In this document: positions 18,805-28,033 of the stretch, in pieces
Position numbering within the stretch: the stretch's first letter is position 1
Layout of the letters: every line of letters begins with the position of its first letter
From: a virus
Taxonomy: Duplodnaviria > Caudoviricetes
IMG/VR virus record: IMGVR_UViG_3300046642_000603
Span: 11,904-75,903 of that record
Length of the DNA stretch: 64,000 nucleotides
Direction: 5' to 3' (one strand)
Translations under genes and position numbers: made by a program
Notes under the pieces: generated by a model
Databases searched by the model: none
What the model was told of the DNA's origin: nothing
What the model saw: the letters and a program-made list of their open reading frames with translations, nothing else

Positions 18805-19362
18805 ATGTCCAGTAACTGGTCGTACAACACCCCGTACGCCATCGGACAGCCGGGCGCTCCAGTGCGCGCGAACGGAGGAGCCGGAACAGACGGCCTCTCC
18901 TTCCGTGACCCGCTGGACGCCCGGCGCGCTGCTATGGGTGCCCGCACCCCGGCAGCCGAGTACCCCGACGGCTACCTCGGCACCATCAACGACAGACGGC
19001 GTGACCGCGTCATGGAAGGCGTCCAGAAGCGCCTGACCGACCGCAGCTATCAGCGCGGTGTCCACAAGGGCGACGTCATCGACCGCTCCGACTACTTCTG
19101 GCCGGACGTCGGCGGGGTCAACCCGCAGGCCGGTCTCCTCTATGAGTCCCAGGGCCTGAAGTGGACCCAGTCCGGGAACGTCACCGAGCGCCTGGCCCAC
19201 GGCGGCAAGAACACCGCGCTGTCCCCGGCCGAGATGGGCGCCCTCCAGCAGAAGTACGGCATCTCCGAGGTCATGGCCGACATCGACCCGATCCGCAGCC
19301 AGCGGATGAAGAAGTTGCTGCCGTCCGCGTCGCCGTACAACTCGCCCGACCAGTGGAGGTGA
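18805..19362 (+). CDS. hypothetical protein, possibly virion-associated
   Basis: ORF with strong codon bias in the putative late region. Confidence 0.65.
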   Translation: MSSNWSYNTPYAIGQPGAPVRANGGAGTDGLSFRDPLDARRAAMGARTPAAEYPDGYLGTINDRRRDRVMEGVQKRLTDRSYQRGVHKGDVIDRSDYFWPDVGGVNPQAGLLYESQGLKWTQSGNVTERLAHGGKNTALSPAEMGALQQKYGISEVMADIDPIRSQRMKKLLPSASPYNSPDQWR

Positions 19363-19477
19363 GTGTGCGCACTCAGGAATTCCGGGGCCAGATCCAGGCG
19401 ATCAAGAAGGCCACCCCCAAGAGCCCAGTGCAGTCCATCCGCGACGCACAGAAGACCCAGGGAGCAGGTTCGTCGTA

Positions 19478-21232
19478 ATGGCAGCACCGAAGAAGGAAGA
19501 GACCCCCGGGCCTTCCATGTCCTTCCTGAACAAGCGCCCGCTGTTCAACGAGGACCTGACTCCGGCCGAGGACAAGCGCTCCAACACCAAGCGCTCGGAG
19601 CACATACGCTCCATCCCCAAGCGTGCGAAGTCCTACCAGGACAACGCGCAGGCCACGGCCAGCGACGCGAGCAAGCCGGAGGCGGTGCGCAAGAAGGCGC
19701 AGTCGACGGCCGACATGTACAAGGCCGTACGGCCGCACCTCAAGAGCGTCAACGAGTCCCGTGGCAAGGCCGCTGAGCGCATCGCCGGGCGTCTGATGAC
19801 TCCCAACCCGGCGACCCGCATGAAGGGCGAGACGGCGGCCCCTGGAGCCTCCTGGTACGTCGACCACAACCGGCACATCCACGAGGCGATCCAGGGCACC
19901 GACGTCCCGTTCAGGCACGCTGCGGTGTCCTCCGGCTCGATGTCCCCGCTCAACAGCCCGGACAACGAGGTCGCGGCCGTCCGTGCCATCGCGCAGGCCA
20001 CGCACACCAACGCCAAGACCCACATCACGCCCGAGCTGGCGGAGCACGTGCGGTCCAAACTGGCCAAGGACAACACCGTGGGCGGCGCCAAGCCGTCGGA
20101 CATCCTCCCCGACCACCAGATCGGCCGGGAGGTCGGGTTCAACGAGTTGCACCCCGCCGCGATCTCGCACATCACCGGCACCGACACCCAGAAGAAGTTC
20201 CCGGGGCTTAATACCGGCATCGACCTGAACGGCATCCGCCGCGCCGGGCCGAACCGCGTGTCAGGCATCGAGGGCATCCGAGGCAAGTCGAACAACGAAC
20301 TGAACCCGCCCGCCGGAGCGCCGAAGGTCAACACCTACGTCCACAACGGTCTGGCGTTCAACTCCAAGGACCCGGCGATCAAGGACGAGATCGACTTCCG
20401 GGCCACCGACGCGGTCCGCCGCAAGCGGCACGAGGACCTGGAGACCAAGCGGAACACGGTCGGCCTGAGCCCGGCCGAGCACCAGGAGCAGAAGTACCTG
20501 CCCTCCCGGCACGACGTCCCGCTGGACTTCCACAACACCCACGACGACCGCTTCCACATGACGGCCGCCCACGCCGCGCACATCGAGGCGCACGGCGGCC
20601 CGACGGACAGCGGCCCCGGGATGGTCCGGATGCGCGACATGCACCCGGCCGCCGTGATGGCGCTGTCCCACCCGGACAACCCCGACCCGCACACCCGTCG
20701 CCTGGCCGTCCTGTCCAGCCAGCACCCCACGGTGCAGGACTCCTGGGCGCAGGCGGAGGTCCACAACCAGCCCAACGTCAACGTCGGCCGTTCGACGAAC
20801 ATCCGCAAGACGGCCGGGTCGGAGAAGTTGGGCTACTGGCAGGGCAAGAACGCGGGCGGCACCTGGAACGGCGAAAAGGCCAAGTTCGAGGGCGGCGAGT
20901 CGGTCATCAACCGCAAGCGTCCCGAGGGTGCGAAGGTCACGCCGGTCGGCCTGGGTCACACCGAGTACGACAAGATCACGCGCATGGCGGCCCAGCACGT
21001 CCAGAAGCACCTGGACACGCCGTACGACTACCCGTCCACCGCCGCCCAGGCCATGCCGTGGGTGGAGATGCGCCGGGAGGCCCCGGGCAAGGACAAGGAA
21101 TTCGAGACGCACAAGAAGGCCCAGCAGCCTGCCACCCCGGCCATTCACGCCCAGGGCAACGCCGGACGGTCCCAGCAGTTCATTGCCAGCGCCGAATCGC
21201 TGCGGGCGACCGCACACCCGAGGCTGTTCTAA
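19478..21232 (+). CDS. large hypothetical protein, possibly an internal virion protein
   Basis: 584 aa ORF, His/Lys-rich, strong codon bias. Confidence 0.7.
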   Translation: MAAPKKEETPGPSMSFLNKRPLFNEDLTPAEDKRSNTKRSEHIRSIPKRAKSYQDNAQATASDASKPEAVRKKAQSTADMYKAVRPHLKSVNESRGKAAERIAGRLMTPNPATRMKGETAAPGASWYVDHNRHIHEAIQGTDVPFRHAAVSSGSMSPLNSPDNEVAAVRAIAQATHTNAKTHITPELAEHVRSKLAKDNTVGGAKPSDILPDHQIGREVGFNELHPAAISHITGTDTQKKFPGLNTGIDLNGIRRAGPNRVSGIEGIRGKSNNELNPPAGAPKVNTYVHNGLAFNSKDPAIKDEIDFRATDAVRRKRHEDLETKRNTVGLSPAEHQEQKYLPSRHDVPLDFHNTHDDRFHMTAAHAAHIEAHGGPTDSGPGMVRMRDMHPAAVMALSHPDNPDPHTRRLAVLSSQHPTVQDSWAQAEVHNQPNVNVGRSTNIRKTAGSEKLGYWQGKNAGGTWNGEKAKFEGGESVINRKRPEGAKVTPVGLGHTEYDKITRMAAQHVQKHLDTPYDYPSTAAQAMPWVEMRREAPGKDKEFETHKKAQQPATPAIHAQGNAGRSQQFIASAESLRATAHPRLF

Positions 21233-21273
21233 ATAACTCCCACCAAGCAGTCAGATCCGTATAAGATCATGAC

Positions 21274-21825
21274 ATGACTACTACTGACTGCTTGGTGGAC
21301 GACTGCAAGGTGCCCGTGAAGGCAAAGGGTTACTGTGGCCCGCATTACCATAGATTTGTTCGTTACGGCGATCCCCTTGTAGTTAAAGGACCCTCTAGGA
21401 CGAAGTTTGTCCCGGATAAGTGCTACGTGGAGGATTGCGAGGCCGATAGCCTCAGTCTCGGCCTGTGCAACAAGCACTACATGCGCTACAGGCGGTACGG
21501 AACCACGGGTCTGCCCCAGCGGGAACGCAAGAAGAAGGCTAAGTCGGGGAAGTACACGTACTTGTGGCTCCCGGAGCACCCTAACGCCTATGCAAATGGC
21601 TACGTGGCAGAGCATGTCGTCGTAATGTCCAACCATCTCGGACGCCCCCTTAGAAAGGGGGAGAACGTCCACCACAAGAACGGCATCCCGACCGACAACC
21701 GGATAGAAAACCTGGAACTCTGGGTCTCTCGGCAACCTCACGGTCAGCGTCCCGCCGATCTAGTCGCGTGGGCTAAAGAGATCCTTGAACTGTACGCGGA
21801 AGAGGTCGAGGAGGACCTGTGCTGA
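21274..21825 (+). mobile_element. free-standing HNH homing endonuclease gene
   Basis: two C..C...G.C..HY.R..RYG repeats; EH..VM..HLGRPL...ENVHHKNG...[10 protein letters not shown]; visibly lower GC than flanks. Confidence 0.88.
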
Positions 21826-22118
21826 GTAGTGACGGGTGTTATGACCGGACGCATCCGTGGGCTTCCCTCCCTGAGCGGATTCTCACGGATGCGCTCGGCG
21901 TAGCCAACATTCCGGGCGATGTGATCGCACTCCAGAGCGCACCGCCCCCGGTCGTCCGACCTCTTTTCCCTCCGAGGTTCGGATACAGAGACACGGCCCT
22001 CGGAATTGAGGACGTGCTCCAGGTAGACCAGGTGTATCCCTCGCCCTCGACGAACTTCTATACGGGAAGTCAGGGCGGATACTCTGGTAGTTCGAGGTCC
22101 ACCAATGGGGGCTCATAA
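21819..22118 (+). CDS. hypothetical protein
   Basis: ORF after the HNH gene; atypical codon usage. Confidence 0.5.
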   Translation: MLSSDGCYDRTHPWASLPERILTDALGVANIPGDVIALQSAPPPVVRPLFPPRFGYRDTALGIEDVLQVDQVYPSPSTNFYTGSQGGYSGSSRSTNGGS

Positions 22119-22282
22119 TGTCCAAGCACAGAAAGCCGCATCGCGCTGACGACAAGCGGCGTCCAGGCATGTCCGACAACTCCAAGCGCACGGTTTCGGA
22201 CGGTTCTACCGGAGCCGCGAGGCCGCTGGCCATCTTCAACGACCGCCGTGGCGCTAACGGCAACGGAAAGCGAGCGAAGTAA
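22118..22282 (+). CDS. small basic protein (MSKHRKPH...)
   Basis: TAATG coupling at both ends. Confidence 0.5.
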   Translation: MSKHRKPHRADDKRRPGMSDNSKRTVSDGSTGAARPLAIFNDRRGANGNGKRAK

Positions 22283-22530
22283 TGGCTTACGCCCCCTCGC
22301 GTTCGATGAACGCTGAACTAAACGAGGGCGCCACCGACGGGCGATACAAGAAGGTCGTCAGGGACAGGGGCGGCCTCGGCGTCACGCACAGCGAGACCGC
22401 GCACGTTCGCGGAGACCTCAACGACGTCTGGTACGGCATCCACGAGAAGCCGGAGAAGGTCCGGCCCGACGGCCGTGCCGTCCGTACCCCCAACTTCATT
22501 CCGACCCCACCCGCGCAGGCAGGATTCTGA
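22282..22530 (+). CDS. hypothetical protein
   Basis: coupled ORF. Confidence 0.6.
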   Translation: MAYAPSRSMNAELNEGATDGRYKKVVRDRGGLGVTHSETAHVRGDLNDVWYGIHEKPEKVRPDGRAVRTPNFIPTPPAQAGF

Positions 22531-22531
22531 C

Positions 22532-23512
22532 GTGTCCCTCCACGGAGTCGACCTCTCCAACAACAACGACGCGGCGCACATCGCGTCGGCCATCGCCAGC
22601 AAGAACAACGCCTTCATCATCGCGAAGGCGTCCGAGGGCGAGCACACGGGCGACGCGAAGCACGCGAGCATCGTCAAGGCGGTCCGGGCGGCGAAGAAGC
22701 CCCTGGGCCACTACCACTTCGCCCACCCGACCCAGGACGCGGTGACCGAGGCCAAGCACTTCCTGTCCGCCGCTGGCGCGCAGGCCGGTGAGGTCCTGGT
22801 GCTCGACCTGGAAGCCTCCGAGGGCTCCTGGAGCCAGCGGCTGCACTACGCCCTGGCGTGGCTGAAGTACGTGAAGGCGCAGACGAAGGCGTCTCCGCTG
22901 CTGTACACGTACACCTCGTACCTCACCGGCCTGCTCGGTGTGGCCACGGAGGCGCAGAAGACCGAACTGCGGTCCTACCCGCTGTGGGTGGCCGACCCGA
23001 ACAACCCGGCCGGGCACCCGCTGACGGCGGGCTGGGCGACGTGGACCCTGCACCAGTACGGCATCGTCGGCGGCCTGGACCAGAACCTGCTGAACGGCGA
23101 CCTTAATACCTGGAAGGCCCTGGCCATCCCGGCCAAGGCTGTCGTCAAGCCGACTCCGGCCCCCGCTCCGGCGCCCAAGCCGACCCCCGCTCCCGCTCCT
23201 GCTCCAACCCCTGCGAAGGCGTACACGATGGTGATCTTCGGCGAGAACATCGACTCCATGACCGCTGCGGCGGCCACCGATGCGTTCCAGCCCAAGGGCG
23301 CTGTCGCCACCGGCCGTCTGGACGTGGCCAAGGCCGCTCTGGCTGCCGGTGACGTCGTCGTCGCGGTCGGCGGTCCGGCCAACACCGCGCTGGGCTACGC
23401 GCACGCCAAGTCCGGCACGGTGGCCGTCTCCGGCAAGAAGGTATCCGTCCTCGGTGCCACGGCCGGTGACTCCTACGTGCTGCTCGGCCGCTACCTGGCC
23501 ACCGGCAAGTAA
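22532..23512 (+). CDS. endolysin, GH25 muramidase with Pro-Ala linker and C-terminal domain
   Basis: GVDLSNNN; KASEG; GHYHFA; LVLDLE; LWVA; WTLHQY; LDQN; (PA)n linker. Confidence 0.9.
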   Translation: MSLHGVDLSNNNDAAHIASAIASKNNAFIIAKASEGEHTGDAKHASIVKAVRAAKKPLGHYHFAHPTQDAVTEAKHFLSAAGAQAGEVLVLDLEASEGSWSQRLHYALAWLKYVKAQTKASPLLYTYTSYLTGLLGVATEAQKTELRSYPLWVADPNNPAGHPLTAGWATWTLHQYGIVGGLDQNLLNGDLNTWKALAIPAKAVVKPTPAPAPAPKPTPAPAPAPTPAKAYTMVIFGENIDSMTAAAATDAFQPKGAVATGRLDVAKAALAAGDVVVAVGGPANTALGYAHAKSGTVAVSGKKVSVLGATAGDSYVLLGRYLATGK

Positions 23513-23529
23513 CACCTTCCCGACTACGT

Positions 23530-23566
23530 CATCCCCATTACGTCTTCCCAAGGCGTAATGGGGATG
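23530..23566. promoter_or_regulatory. 17-bp-arm palindrome containing ATTACGTCTT operator-like half-sites; may also act as a terminator
   Basis: CATCCCCATTACGTCTT-CCC-AAGGCGTAATGGGGATG. Confidence 0.6.
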
Positions 23567-23606
23567 CTATGTTTGGTCCCTGAACAGCCCCCCGAGGAAG
23601 GACAAC

Positions 23607-24092
23607 ATGTCCGAGCACGTACGGCTCCTGCTCTGTAAGACCTGCGGATCCCTGGAGGAACTGCCCGACTACGAGGGCGACCCGAGCCGGGACTGGCTCC
23701 TCGAAGCCCTGGTCCAGAAGCACCCCAACCACATCGCACACCCGATGCTGCGCGTGGAGAAGAAGCACTGGGACTCCCCGAGCACCCGCGACTCGATCAT
23801 CGCCAAGATCCGCGAGACCACCGGGCACACCGGCTTCGACCCGTCGTTCTACGCGGCCAAGAACACCTTCCAGGAAGACGCCCACGCCTGCTGGGCCAAG
23901 CACCTGCGCAACCCCGGCTGCAACGACTACAAGACCGCCTCCAAGCGGCTCACCCCGGACACCGCAGCCGAACGCAAGGCCGCCGGACTCCCCAGGTACA
24001 AGTCCGCCCAGGACCGCTACCTCTGCGAGTTCTGCCCCGTCCACTCCCTCGTGGTCCAGTCGGCCCGCGAGAAGGCCGGACTCTACAAGTAA
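23607..24092 (+). CDS. hypothetical Cys-containing protein
   Basis: CKTC, C...C, CEFCP; GAGGAAGG RBS. Confidence 0.7.
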   Translation: MSEHVRLLLCKTCGSLEELPDYEGDPSRDWLLEALVQKHPNHIAHPMLRVEKKHWDSPSTRDSIIAKIRETTGHTGFDPSFYAAKNTFQEDAHACWAKHLRNPGCNDYKTASKRLTPDTAAERKAAGLPRYKSAQDRYLCEFCPVHSLVVQSAREKAGLYK

Positions 24093-24121
24093 CCCCACCC
24101 GAACCACACCTGGAGCACTGC

Positions 24122-24514
24122 ATGCCCAACATCCCGATCCTCGGCCAGACGACCCCCACCGCCGACAAGGGGCTTAATACCGAAGACCTCACCCCCGAGC
24201 AGCGCGAGGCCCTGGCCAAGATGGCCGAGGACAACCCGCCCTCCGAGGACGAGGTCGGTACCCCCGTCACCACGGCGTTCCTCGTCGCCGTCGGCCTGGA
24301 CGGAGCGGTCGTGGCCACCTCCGACCTCACCCAGCAGTTCGTCCCCCGTCGCGGCGCCACCCCGGACGACATCTACGGTGCGGCCTCCGTCGTGCTGAAG
24401 GACCTGGAAGTCATGGAGACGGCCTCCCGGACCCAGCAGGCCATGATGATGATGGGCCAGGCCATGCAACAGCAGCAGCAGGAAGCCGCGCTGCGATCCC
24501 GCCTGAAACTCTAA
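24122..24514 (+). CDS. hypothetical protein
   Basis: GGAG RBS; ORF. Confidence 0.7.
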   Translation: MPNIPILGQTTPTADKGLNTEDLTPEQREALAKMAEDNPPSEDEVGTPVTTAFLVAVGLDGAVVATSDLTQQFVPRRGATPDDIYGAASVVLKDLEVMETASRTQQAMMMMGQAMQQQQQEAALRSRLKL

Positions 24515-24604
24515 ACGGGTAAGTAGCAACTATAAAGCCCCCAGTCTCCCTCCATATCGGATCGGATTCTGGGGGCTTTCCCTATTCCAGCTAGAATCGA
24601 AACC

Positions 24605-25597
24605 ATGGCCGGATACGAGTTCTACCTCAATCGAGCAATAGCCCAGGGACAGCAGCCCGACATTCACACGGGCGCCTCCGGGTATTTCAGCGCACCCCAG
24701 GCAGGGCTCGACCCGCACATCTTCGACGGCGAACACATCAAGCCGGACGTCCGCGACCACATTCTCGGCGTCCTTAATACCTACCTCGACGGCCACTACC
24801 AGGGCGTACGCATCTGGCTGGCCGCCTGGCTCGCCGGATCCGGTATCTCTTTCCAGTGGGCCGGAGACCGGGGGAACGGTGACCTCGACGTTCTCTTCGG
24901 AATTGACTTCCCGAAGTTCTACGAGATGAACCCGACCTACCAGGGCATCTCTGAGGCGGAATTCTCCGACCTGATGAACTCGGACCTGAAGAAGAACCTG
25001 TGGCCGCGCACCGCGACCACCGATTTCCACGGCCAGGTATACGAGGTCACCTACTACCTGAACCCGGGTACGACGTCGCAGTCCATCGCGGCAATCAACC
25101 CTTACGCCGCCTATAACCTCACCCGGGACCGCTGGGACATCCGGCCTCCGTCCCTGCCCGCCGACCCCCACAGCCTGTACCCCAAGCACTGGTGGGGCGC
25201 CGTGCAGCGCGAGGAAGACCACGCCCGCACCCTCGTCGAGCGCTACAACCACCTGCGCTCGGCCACCTCCAGCGCCTCACCCAACTCCGCCGCCTGGCAC
25301 AACTCCCTCGCCTCCCAGAAGATCGTCGTCGAGCAGGCCAAGGCCCTCTTCGACGACATCCACCTCGGCCGCAGGCAGGCATTCGGCCCCGGGGGATCCG
25401 GCTACGGCGACTACTACAACTTCCGCTGGCAGGCACACAAGCAGGCAGGCACGGTCCAGGCACTCAACTCCCTGGCCACAGCGGACGTCGAGGCCCACAA
25501 GGCGCAGGAGACCGACCTCTACGGGGCTCCGCTCGATGACGCCGCCAACGCACTCGCGAAGGCGGCTCTTTGGAACACCCCCTACCGGAGGTCGTAA
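24605..25597 (+). CDS. Pol-beta-superfamily nucleotidyltransferase-like protein
   Basis: LAGSG.S...GDLDVLFGID; distal EVTYY. Confidence 0.65.
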   Translation: MAGYEFYLNRAIAQGQQPDIHTGASGYFSAPQAGLDPHIFDGEHIKPDVRDHILGVLNTYLDGHYQGVRIWLAAWLAGSGISFQWAGDRGNGDLDVLFGIDFPKFYEMNPTYQGISEAEFSDLMNSDLKKNLWPRTATTDFHGQVYEVTYYLNPGTTSQSIAAINPYAAYNLTRDRWDIRPPSLPADPHSLYPKHWWGAVQREEDHARTLVERYNHLRSATSSASPNSAAWHNSLASQKIVVEQAKALFDDIHLGRRQAFGPGGSGYGDYYNFRWQAHKQAGTVQALNSLATADVEAHKAQETDLYGAPLDDAANALAKAALWNTPYRRS

Positions 25598-26430
25598 TGG
25601 CCAACTCCCTCGGGCCACAGTTCGAGCAGACCGCGCTGCCGGTCCCGCTCGGCAGCCGCGTGTCCCCGCAGAACCAGAAGCAGACCGCGCTGCGCGCCCA
25701 GTACCACCTGACGCGGGACACTCCGCTGCACCTCCAGACGAGCTACGCGCCAGGGAAACTTAATATCCCGCATCCCGCTCCCCACCCGGGCGGGATGCAC
25801 ACCAAGGTCACTGCCATCGGCTCGCCGCGCGACCACGATCTGATCCACGACGAGGAGCGCACCAACTACCCCCAGGCCGAGGGGCAGATGGTCATGGGCC
25901 CGCCGCACAATCCGCAGCAGTTCGGGCACCTGGACGGCCACGGCAACGTCGTCGACCCCAAGATCGGCGACCGCTGGTACGTCAAGCACGGCCCGCAGAT
26001 GAGCGACAGCAACGAAGCCTTCTGGAACAAGCACGCCAAGGTCACCAGCATCAGCACCAGCTCGCCGCTGCACACCGGCCAGACTGCCTTCGAGACCGGC
26101 TCCCACTCCTACATCACCGGCCCGCTCGACCCCGACCACCCGCACGTCAAGGTCATCGTCCAGGGCGGCACACCGTACGTCGCCGACGCGCACCACCGGC
26201 TCGCCGAAGCGCGCGGCCGGGGAGACAGCCACGTCGGCGCGCACGTGCTCAACCTCGACCAGTTCCAGGCCAAGACCCTGCCGAAGATCAAGAAGAAGAC
26301 GGCGCCCGAGGACATCGTCGCGCACCTGGCCGAGCACCACGGCTACAGCCCGAACATGAACCCCAAGCACGCCTTCAACGCCCACGAGACCGCGCACCGC
26401 ACCGGTCTCCACGAGCACGAGCACGGGTGA
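25597..26430 (+). CDS. ParB/Srx-like N-terminal domain protein
   Basis: VKVIVQGGTPYVADAHHRLAEARGRG...VGAHV. Confidence 0.65.
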   Translation: MANSLGPQFEQTALPVPLGSRVSPQNQKQTALRAQYHLTRDTPLHLQTSYAPGKLNIPHPAPHPGGMHTKVTAIGSPRDHDLIHDEERTNYPQAEGQMVMGPPHNPQQFGHLDGHGNVVDPKIGDRWYVKHGPQMSDSNEAFWNKHAKVTSISTSSPLHTGQTAFETGSHSYITGPLDPDHPHVKVIVQGGTPYVADAHHRLAEARGRGDSHVGAHVLNLDQFQAKTLPKIKKKTAPEDIVAHLAEHHGYSPNMNPKHAFNAHETAHRTGLHEHEHG

Positions 26431-26437
26431 TGGCGCC

Positions 26438-26932
26438 ATGACTGCAACCGTCGCCATCGTCATCGAGGGTGTACTCCAGCGGGAAGTCGGAGACGCGGTC
26501 ATCCACCAGGGCCAGCGCCTGTACTGGGGCCTGATGGAGACCTACAAGGTCGCCCTGGTCACCGACGACACCGACGCCGCACCGGTCCAGCACTGGCTGC
26601 GCGTCAACGGCTTCAACAAGCACCCCTACCTGATCACCGCCAACGTGCTGGACCCCGAGGACGAAGGCCCACGAAGGCTCCAGCAGATCTCCCGGCTGCG
26701 GCAGGCCGGATGCAACGTCGAGCTGGTCATCGAGCCCAACCCCCAGGTCGCCGCCTACCTCATGGCGAACGGCATCGGTGTCCTGAACTACCTGCACCCG
26801 AACTACTCCAACCCCAAGTTCCGGCCGGACTACCAGGAGACCGTCACCCCCTGGTCGGAACTGGTCGGCGAGGTGGAGCGGCAGCGAGCACTACGCGAAG
26901 AAGACACGAGACCACACATGGAGATCCTGTGA
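26438..26932 (+). CDS. HAD-fold-like protein
   Basis: VAIVIEGVL (degenerate DxDGVL); VALVT...WLRVNG. Confidence 0.5.
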   Translation: MTATVAIVIEGVLQREVGDAVIHQGQRLYWGLMETYKVALVTDDTDAAPVQHWLRVNGFNKHPYLITANVLDPEDEGPRRLQQISRLRQAGCNVELVIEPNPQVAAYLMANGIGVLNYLHPNYSNPKFRPDYQETVTPWSELVGEVERQRALREEDTRPHMEIL

Positions 26933-27219
26933 CCGTCGCCCTGGTGATCACCATCACCCGCATGCTCAACGCCCTCGTCGGCGCCGCGTTCTCGGCCCTG
27001 CTCCTGCGGGCCACCATCCCCGTCTGGCGACAGCTCGGCGCCGCAGAGAAGTGGCTGTCCGCAGCCCTCTTCCTCTACAGCGCCAACATCGCCGTCTTCT
27101 GCGCCGTCTTCTGGACCTCCCCGTCCTCCGGCCGGTCCTGGATCAACGTCGGCTTCCTCCTCTCCCTCCTCGCCGCGCACCGCTACCTCTACTTCGTCCG
27201 AAGGGACACACGACCATGA
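26929..27219 (+). CDS. 3-TM membrane protein, holin candidate
   Basis: three hydrophobic segments, about 96 aa. Confidence 0.55.
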   Translation: MTVALVITITRMLNALVGAAFSALLLRATIPVWRQLGAAEKWLSAALFLYSANIAVFCAVFWTSPSSGRSWINVGFLLSLLAAHRYLYFVRRDTRP

Positions 27220-28007
27220 GCGTCGAAGGCATCCACGCGATCACCAGCAAGTTCAAGGAGCGCTGGCTCTCCCCGCTCCAGTTCCCCGGCTCCCACCGCT
27301 CCGTCGACCAGCGCCTGGACGACCTGGAGAACGCCAAGCAGGGCCAGCAGCCCGCCAACTCCCGCATCAAGATCCGCGTCAAGGGTCAGAAGAGCAAGGC
27401 CGCCGCCCCGCAGGCGTCCCCGGCCGCCCGCGAGGAGATCAAGCGCGTCGGCGAGGACCACGTCTCGGACTCCTACGGCTGGCACGCGGAGCACTCCACT
27501 GCCGCGACCGACCTGCTGCACACCTTCAACCAGCGCATGAACTCCATCCAGGCGCAGCAGAAGCCGTCCGCGTCCGGCGGCTGGGCCGCGTACAACGACA
27601 CCTTCGGCGCGGGTGCCCACTCGACCGCCAGCCCGTCCCCGGCGCCCGGCGGCCAGGCCGAGTGGCGTGACCACGGCCAGGGCCACCAGATCCGCACCTA
27701 CCCGACCTACAACCCCGACGGCTCGCGCGGTGCCCGCAAGATCGGTATCCGGCCCAAGCCGGAAGGCGCCTCGGCCGCTCCCGCAGCCCCGCTTAATACC
27801 TCGGCGGCCCCGGCCGCCAAGAAGCCGCAGCGCGTCACCCAGCCCGGCCTGTTCGGCCCGAGCCAGGTCGCCCCGGTCCGCTCCCAGCAGCAGTTCGGCC
27901 AGGCCGCCAAGGCCGCCCCGTCGAAGGGCGGTCCGACCCCGGCCCGCAAGCCCCGAGTCACCCAGCCCGGCCTCTTCCCGAAGAGCGCCGTCAAGCCCCC
28001 GCAGTAA
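27216..28007 (+). CDS. low-complexity protein with two RVTQPGLF motifs
   Basis: ATGA coupling; repeated peptide. Confidence 0.65.
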   Translation: MSVEGIHAITSKFKERWLSPLQFPGSHRSVDQRLDDLENAKQGQQPANSRIKIRVKGQKSKAAAPQASPAAREEIKRVGEDHVSDSYGWHAEHSTAATDLLHTFNQRMNSIQAQQKPSASGGWAAYNDTFGAGAHSTASPSPAPGGQAEWRDHGQGHQIRTYPTYNPDGSRGARKIGIRPKPEGASAAPAAPLNTSAAPAAKKPQRVTQPGLFGPSQVAPVRSQQQFGQAAKAAPSKGGPTPARKPRVTQPGLFPKSAVKPPQ

Positions 28008-28033
28008 CCAACTCAGATTCGGAGAAACAACCC

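Noticed and set aside
23140-23220. CCGGCCCC/GCTCC repeats in the lysin gene
   Set aside because: Ordinary Pro-Ala linker
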